A DNA stretch of 54,212 bases, filler included, from Squatina squatina (Eukaryota): the NCBI GenBank assembly GCA_031763465.1. It is 3 parts of 3 records of this genome, joined end to end, with 100 filler letters (N's around TTAATTAATTAA, not from the genome) between each part and the next. Parts side by side here need not be neighbours in the genome. Positions count along the whole stretch, not along the records: positions 41,548 to 54,212 come from JARFOE010000219.1; 2 more parts are not named here. The stretch is one strand, 5' to 3'. How positions within the stretch are numbered: position 1 is the first letter of the stretch; each line of letters starts with the position of its first letter. Of the stretch, positions 47,670 to 54,212 are shown one piece after another. The position numbers and the translations under genes were made by a program. Below the pieces are notes generated by a model. The model did not search any database. It was not told the origin of the DNA and was given only the letters and a program-made list of their open reading frames with translations.

Positions 47670-48062
47670 ACAACAACAACTTGCATGTATACAGTGCCCT
47701 TAATGTTTGTAAGACATCCCAAGGCGATTCACAGGAATGTTATCAAACAAAATTTGACACCGAACTACATAAGGTGATATTAGGATAGATGACCAAAAGC
47801 TTGGTCAAAGAGGTAGGTTTTAAGGAGCATCTTAAAGGAGGAGAAAGAGGTGGAGAGGTATATGGAGGGAATTCCAGAGCTTAGGGCCCAGGCAGCTGAA
47901 AGCACAGCCACCAATGGTGGAGCAATTAAAATCGGGGATGTGCAAGGAGCAGAGATCTCTGAGGGTTGTAGGGCTGGAGGAAGTTACAGAGATAGGGAGC
48001 AACGAGGCCATGGAGGGATTTGAAAACAAAGATGAGAATTTTAAAATCAAGGCGTTGCCAAT
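47670..48062 (-). mobile_element. L2 LINE 3' end
   Basis: Minus frames give WQRLDFKILIFVFKSLHGLVAPYL and IGGCAFSCLGPKLWNSL, and there is a (caa)n tail. Confidence 0.9.
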
Positions 48063-48348
48063 NNNNNNNNNNNNNNNNNNNNNNNNNNNNNNNNNNNNNN
48101 NNNNNNNNNNNNNNNNNNNNNNNNNNNNNNNNNNNNNNNNNNNNNNNNNNNNNNNNNNNNNNTAGGAACAGGAAACCACAAGGGCCAGCGTGGGTGCCCA
48201 ATGCCATACACTTCAGCTTGTTTTTGTTTCACAAGCATGCCAAAGGCTAAAAGTAAATAACATTTAAAACAGTAATGGCAGTATGACCTGTTTGCTTTAT
48301 TCCATATTTCTCCCTCGCATAAGATTATTTTTGTGTTCTACTTGGTAG

Positions 48349-48461
48349 GATGCGAGAAGCTGCAAGGAAAGTCGAAGAAAAGCACTTTCCTTATGCCACA
48401 AATTTGGAATATGTTGAGTTTCTACCTGTGGAGTGGCGATCGGAGCTCAGCCTGGATGGGG
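48349..48461 (+). CDS. DDHD1: DDHD1 phospholipase A1 internal exon (113 bp)
   Basis: tag|G ATG...MREAARKVEEKHFPYATNLEYVEFLPVEWRSELSLDG G|gtaatt, compared with recalled human MREAARKIEERHFSNHATHVEFLPVEWRSKLTLDG. The phase matches the next exon. Confidence 0.92.
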
Positions 48462-49414
48462 GTAATTAAATGTAAACAGGGGTATCATTTAGGTAATGGC
48501 TTCTTGTGGATCTGGGTTGAACTGGAATTTGTGTATGATTTTATCACATAACTTGTCAAAGTGCATAGTACTGAAACATAAATCTAATATTATTAGAAGT
48601 GAATTTACAAGAAAATAGAGAAATTTACAAGCACCCACCAGTTCTCTAAATTTTCAACTGACAGAACAAGTGCAGAATTGAGGGAGAGCTGAATTTTCAG
48701 AGGCATTGGTGTGGAATCATGGTCCTGTCCGTGGCTTCCCAGGTTTCAGGCNNNNNNNNNNNNNNNNNNNNNNNNNNNNNNNNNNNNNNNNNNNNNNNNN
48801 NNNNNNNNNNNNNNNNNNNNNNNNNNNNNNNNNNNNNNNNNNNNNNNNNNNTGACACCAATTGCATTGTAACCCGGCCTGAGCATGAAGCCACCTTGGCT
48901 TTCCTGTCAGATGAAGCCAGGTCAATGGCTGTCAGGAGGCAGAAGTGGGTGACAATGTAAGTAGAACTCTTTCCTTCGTGGGGCGTGGTGTGACATACCT
49001 GCTTGCCAACAACCTTTGTTTGGTGCTGCCCAGCAGCCTTCAGCCACATGAACGTCCACTCCTGTTCACAGTGAGGTCAGCTGCTGCTTTCCACCCGTTT
49101 TGGGCAATCAGTTGATCGATGGGAGTTCAAATCACCCGGGCCTCATACTGACGAGATCTGCCATGTTTAGCATTAACCATGCCTTCACACACTCAAATCC
49201 CACTCTGTATGATGAATGTTCTTTGTATGATGAACGAATCTTGTATCAATGTTGTCAATAACAGTGAAAAACATTGGTATTTGTCGGTGAGGTCTGCAAG
49301 AAAATTACAAAACTGTTGCTCTCTTGTCTCTCACTTTGTCTATAATTCTGTTGTTTCAAATATTAAGTAAGAAACTGACTTGGAAACTCGTAATTGCAAA
49401 ATTGGTGCTCCATT

Positions 49415-49685
49415 TGATGTCTCAATGGATAAATGTATTGCCCAGTATGTTACTGAATCACAGAACAAGGTTCCTTCAGGGTTTGAATCCTGAGTGTGTT
49501 CAGAGTTAGCTTTCACCTGAGGCAGCAGTGGAGGGACTACACTTGGTTTTCATAAGAGATAGAGAAGGGGAAAATTGGTGAGTGCTTCCATTTCTAAGTG
49601 CTATCCAATGATCCCTACATAAAAAAAATATACAAGTGTAGATATCGGGTGAGGACAGGATTGGGCTTGGCTGTGTTGCTTCCGC
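49415..49685 (+). mobile_element. SINE-like family B copy in DDHD1 intron
   Basis: Head tgatgtctcaatggataaatg...ggtttgaatcct, and gctatccaatgatcc...atcgggtgaggacaggattgggcttggctgtg. Confidence 0.55.
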
Positions 49686-49699
49686 AACCATTCCCAGAG

Positions 49700-50210
49700 T
49701 CCTGACCAAACCTGGCCAGATCCGCTATGTGGCCAGCAGGCTGGAGCGGGACTTCGGCAGCAGGTGGCCGCAGTCATGGACCCTGGGAATTGTCCTCGGA
49801 TGTCAGTTGGGGGTATGAGGGGTTCTGGAGAAAATTAGGGATGCTTTCTGGCTGTGGCCGGGAAGGGAGGGGGTTGGTGCGGGGTGGAGCCTGGGGAAAG
49901 GGAGGTCCGAGGCTTCCTTGTGAGGCCAGTAGGAGCACTCCTGTTCCTCCTGGCCCTCAAGGAAACAAAATTATATTTTTCCTATGACTAATATTGTCGT
50001 TGTGTCTCGATGTCATAATTTGGACCTGATGTGCATGTTTAAAGAAGGATCCCACTTCCTTCCTGTGGGTTTCTTGCTTGCTGGCTCAATAGCGCAGGTT
50101 AACATTGGGACACAGTGGGAAGAGAGTGGGATGAGAGGGGGTAAGTGACTGAACTCATTTTAACTGCTCTCGCCGGTTCCAGCAGACAGGGGGAGTTAAA
50201 ATCAGAGCCA
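49700..50210. mobile_element. Degraded non-autonomous DNA-transposon-like repeat
   Basis: GC-rich block with ggagcactcctgttcctcctggccc and a terminal hairpin-like attttaact...agttaaaatcagagcc. Confidence 0.45.
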
Positions 50211-50425
50211 TAGTACCTGGACTGCAGGAGAGATTTATCACTTAGGCAAAGTACAGAGGCTATCAATGGTACCAAAAAGAGTACAAGCCCCTGCCTTGGG
50301 GACAGGACTCAAACTTGTTACCTTAGATCTATGGAATCAATGTAGAATGTTCATGCAGACTTTTTTTAGTGTTGTCTTGCTGAATTACATGAAAATGGAC
50401 CTTTTATAAACTTGTATATTTCTAG

Positions 50426-50532
50426 ATACTGTTGAATCTATTACTCCAGATAAAGTACGTGGTCTTCGAGACATGTTAAACAGCAGCGCTATGGACATCA
50501 TGTACTACACTAGCCCCCTTTACAGGGATGAG
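50426..50532 (+). CDS. DDHD1: DDHD1 internal exon (107 bp)
   Basis: tttctag|AT...(D)TVESITPDKVRGLRDMLNSSAMDIMYYTSPLYRDE|gtga is nearly identical to recalled vertebrate DDHD1. Confidence 0.95.
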
Positions 50533-51014
50533 GTGANNNNNNNNNNNNNNNNNNNNNNNNNNNNNNNNNNNNNNNNNNNNNNNNNNNNNNNNNNNNNNNN
50601 NNNNNNNNNNNNNNNNNNNNNNNNNNNNNNNNNNNNGTATCTAGGCCATCATGCCTTTCACTTTTTGAAGATCACCTACATTTCTGGCATTTCTCATAGC
50701 TACAGTAACATGTCAGTTTGGACAGAAAATAAACATGGCAGTACCAGTCATATCCAGACTGCTTAAAGAAGCTTATTATACTCTAGAATAAAGAAAATAG
50801 CCTGTTGCAATTTACCAGATTATTATGAATATTCTGTACTTTGACAAATGATAATTAAGTGCAAGAAAATGTACTTACAGTGCTTTGTCCAAAATATTGT
50901 TTTATCTTTAGCATTGAACAGTGAATGACATGAAACATTTACTACCAATAAGGAAAAGTTGGCTGCCACAGAATACTATATATGTGTGTAAATGCATATG
51001 TAAAGTAAAGGTCA

Positions 51015-51230
51015 CAGTTTGGTTTCCATTCTGTGCTCAATAGTTGGCCTCATCCCCAGGCAGTTGTAGGAGCCCTACAATTCACCTCAGCGCCCTGGAC
51101 TAGGGATGGGAAAGACAGACAGGGCTCTGGCTCCTGCTCATTATCAAGTAAGCCCTGTTGGAATGTCTGGCGAGGACAGTATCCAGCTCTGTTGTGATAC
51201 CACAACAGTAGAACAGCTTGCTGCTACTCA
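51015..51230 (+). mobile_element. SINE-like family B copy
   Basis: ctacaattcacctcagcgccctggactagggatgggaaa...gctcctg...gcgaggacagtatccagctctgttgtgat. Confidence 0.55.
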
Positions 51231-52551
51231 GCAAAAGGAGTTTGGAAAGCAATCATATTGTTGTCTCTTTTGACAAAAGATAAACATTCTGTAATTAAAG
51301 TGCGTAAAGTCTCTCATGACATACAATTAGTGCAACAATAGATGAAAGGTATGCAGTGATATGTAAACATTGCTAAAATTCTCATTAGGACATCTGTGCC
51401 TTCTGTGAACAGTAATATTAATTATGCCATGTTGTACAAAGCGGAAGAAATCCCTAAATATACAGCAACACCATATTATGGACATTAGCTTTAGAATAAA
51501 CCTCATTTGCTCAGTTGTAGCAAGTACTGAGAGTCAGGTCTATTAGAGCTATGTCCCTGTAATACGTAGTGTAACCAAGTTAAGATGTATTGTTATATTG
51601 CTAATTTTATAATAAACCCCTCTCACAATGAGCCAAAATAATCTGACCAAAATTCTTCTTGCATTTTTCAATATTTTTGTTCTGACCATAATTTTAATGT
51701 TTTTTTCAAACTTGAAAAATATATATAGATAATATACTTAATGCAAATTGTGCATCTTTTTTGCTCTTAAGAGCTTAAATTCTGAATGTCTATAAAATCC
51801 TAGCCAGTTTATTTTTCGTGTTGCTTATGGCAAGACAGCTGTGGGTTTATTTGTTGGCTTCAAGAGCAGAAAAGGTCAATTTCAATCATGTTTGTAATAG
51901 CTCATTTTAGACAACTATGTGCTACTCTGCTTACAAAACATATTACAGTGAAATATGCAATTACTACAACTCAGTTTTCTGCCGCAGAAACATTGCAGCA
52001 TTATAGCATTACAAAAATAGAATGACATGCATAATGAAAGATTCCAAGATTCACCCAAGGCATTTATTCTCTTCACCTAAATGTTCTCAGTGGTAGCAGA
52101 GTATCCATTAAGAGCTACTATGAATTATGGTTACCTAGAAACGGTAGAGAGCTTGTAGCAGCAGCCAAGAATGAAATGGATGACTGATAAAATGAATTTT
52201 CTCTGTGCATTAGGCTGTTNNNNNNNNNNNNNNNNNNNNNNNNNNNNNNNNNNNNNNNNNNNNNNNNNNNNNNNNNNNNNNNNNNNNNNNNNNNNNNNNN
52301 NNNNNNNNNNNNNNNNNNNNNNNNNNNNNNNNNNNNNNNNNNNNNNNNNNNNNNNNNNNAATAAAAAGGCTTTGGTTGAAAGTAATGGAAAAACTGAAAG
52401 CACTGAACCATTTTCTGTAGTTTTTTCAACAAGAAATGAAAAACACAAATTATACATTTCATGTTTCCTGACTACCTGAATGAAAGTATTGAAACAATTC
52501 ACACAAGAACAGATCGCTTCCAGGTTGGGATATTTAAATTTCATTTTACAG

Positions 52552-52627
52552 ATTAAAAAAATTAGAGCACCAATTACTTCAAGTGAAAGCTTCAGCTCCA
52601 TTCAGAGTACCTGCTTTGAAATTTAAG
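52552..52627 (+). CDS. DDHD1: DDHD1 internal exon (76 bp), missed by ORF track
   Basis: ttttacag|A TTA...LKKLEHQLLQVKASAPFRVPALKFK|gtgagt, compared with recalled human LKEIEERLHGLKASSMTQTPALKFK. The phase-0 end joins the VENFF exon. Confidence 0.88.
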
Positions 52628-53339
52628 GTGAGTTTGGAAGTAGATTCATTACCTCTGATTTAAAGTTTGTAATTCCTCAAATTCATTGAGCAAGGACTTT
52701 ATACTCCTGTCCCTTGTCAGCAAACGAAAATAGGCCAAATCATCATTTAATTCACTTGAAATTTAGCAGTATTGCTGTCACCAATACTACACCTTTGGTG
52801 ACTGATGCAGTGTGTCTTTGTGTTATACTAATGTATGTTTTTTGATAGTTTGTGTTAAACAAAACTGCCTGCAATGATTTCTCCTCAACCATAATTTCAG
52901 CTCTGCTAAGTTTGAATTTAAAGTGGTAGACAAGGGTAAATTATCTGCAGTGCATATTTTTCCCTTCTCCAGATTAAGATGGTAGACATTGCAGCAAATA
53001 ACAAACCTTTAAAATCCGCCAATTTAAAAATGAGAACCAATCAAACTAGACAAGATGGCTACAACACAGTGGAGATGATTTTACACACTATTTGATAATA
53101 GCTGCAGACATCAACAATTCCTTAAATGTTTTATCCTTGAAGTTCACTCCATCTGCCTTACATTAGTCATGGGCATTCATGGTATTCAGAATACATCTGG
53201 TGCATTTATACTTCAGCTACTAGTCTGACGCAGATTGTAGTCCTGATTCTAGCCATTAAAGGTTAAGAGAACTAGAGAAAGACGCATGATCGTGGCTAGT
53301 GTAGAGGGAAGCCTTGGGGAAGGTTTGGCTTGGTGTGCA

Positions 53340-53412
53340 AGGGGAAGGAGCAGAATGGATGGCCTCCGTCTTAGTGACAAAGAAAAGTCCATGAGCTCCT
53401 TGCACTTGTTGG
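53340..53412 (-). mobile_element. Old L2 ORF2 fragment
   Basis: Minus NKCKELMDF, then (frameshift) FVTKTEAIHSA, resembles L2 CEELMDFFVTKIETIRS. Confidence 0.5.
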
Positions 53413-53713
53413 ACAGTGCAACTCGTTCATTATAGCTGGTTCAAAAAGAAAACTGCTTTGGGATCTTGGGATTATTTAAATTTTAAGAATTGGACAAAAG
53501 TTGCACAGTAATGTTGAGTATACATAAAATAAAATATGAGTATCCATTCCAATGTTGAAAACTAACCAGCTGAATTTTCATTTTAGTCCAGAATGTTGGT
53601 GATCCTGATTTTCAGGGTGTGAATCCCTAATAGATTAGATGTTTCTGCTTTTTGTGTCATTGTTTTCAAATACTATTTGTTGAAGCCAAAAAATGTATTT
53701 CATTTTATTTCAG

Positions 53714-53863
53714 GTTGAAAATTTCTTCTGCATGGGTTCCCCTCTAGCTGTTTTCCTAGCGTTGCGTGGCATACGTCCTCAAAATAGTGGTCAGCAGGAT
53801 CACATTCTACCGAAAAGTATCTGTGGCCGGTTGTACAATATATTTCACCCGACTGACCCTGTG
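53714..53863 (+). CDS. DDHD1: DDHD1 exon entering the DDHD domain (150 bp)
   Basis: ttttatttcag|VENFFCMGSPLAVFLALRGIRPQNSGQQDHILPKSICGRLYNIFHPTDPV|gtgagt. Confidence 0.96.
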
Positions 53864-54212
53864 GTGAGTTCTCATGCTATATGTAATGCACCTTAGCCAT
53901 GTTATGCAGTCTCTTGAACTGTGAAGTAATCATTGGAATAACCGTGAAAGTGGATTTTCTTTCCATCTTTTTTGTGTCCTCTTTCCCAGCAAAGCTTCCA
54001 GGCCTTCAAAACATCATTCATAACTAAGATATTAAGGGGTCAGAGAAGAATTGAGTGGTGGTGAGGTACATAACGATCAGTATGTTAAAACAAAACAAAT
54101 CACTTGCATACTTGCAGAACTGTTGGTCATATGTTGGCCTTTCACTTTTGGACCTTGGTTACAATCTGGCATGGTGGGATGAAAATCTTGTCCAATGTTA
54201 CTGTGAAAGCCT

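Overview
This is eukaryotic vertebrate DNA, most likely from a cartilaginous fish, judging by Deu-domain SacSINE1-like SINEs, CR1/L2 LINE tails, a Penelope-type end and GC-rich Harbinger elements. The scaffold is heavily fragmented. Short contigs are joined mostly by exactly 100-N gaps, two of which contain an artificial TTAATTAATTAA linker, so long-range adjacency is unreliable. Recognisable host coding sequence is limited to four + strand exons of a DDHD1 phospholipase A1 gene (48349-53863, with the catalytic SHSLG exon not visible) and one - strand terminal exon of an NCOA7/OXR1/TLDC2-family TLDc gene (9508-9643). The rest is repeats or non-coding DNA. It includes a ~2.4 kb 24-bp minisatellite with a 360-bp higher-order duplication and a 38/41-bp hairpin minisatellite. 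It also includes a PIF/Harbinger transposon with TIRs, a TAA TSD and convergent Myb-like and transposase genes, plus a second copy and MITEs, nested SINEs/LINEs and a candidate solo LTR. I found no CRISPR array, rRNA or true tRNA gene, and no convincing new biological system. The best leads are the Harbinger family, the structured minisatellites and the possible paralogue status of the two host genes. Reference proteins are quoted from memory, not from a search.
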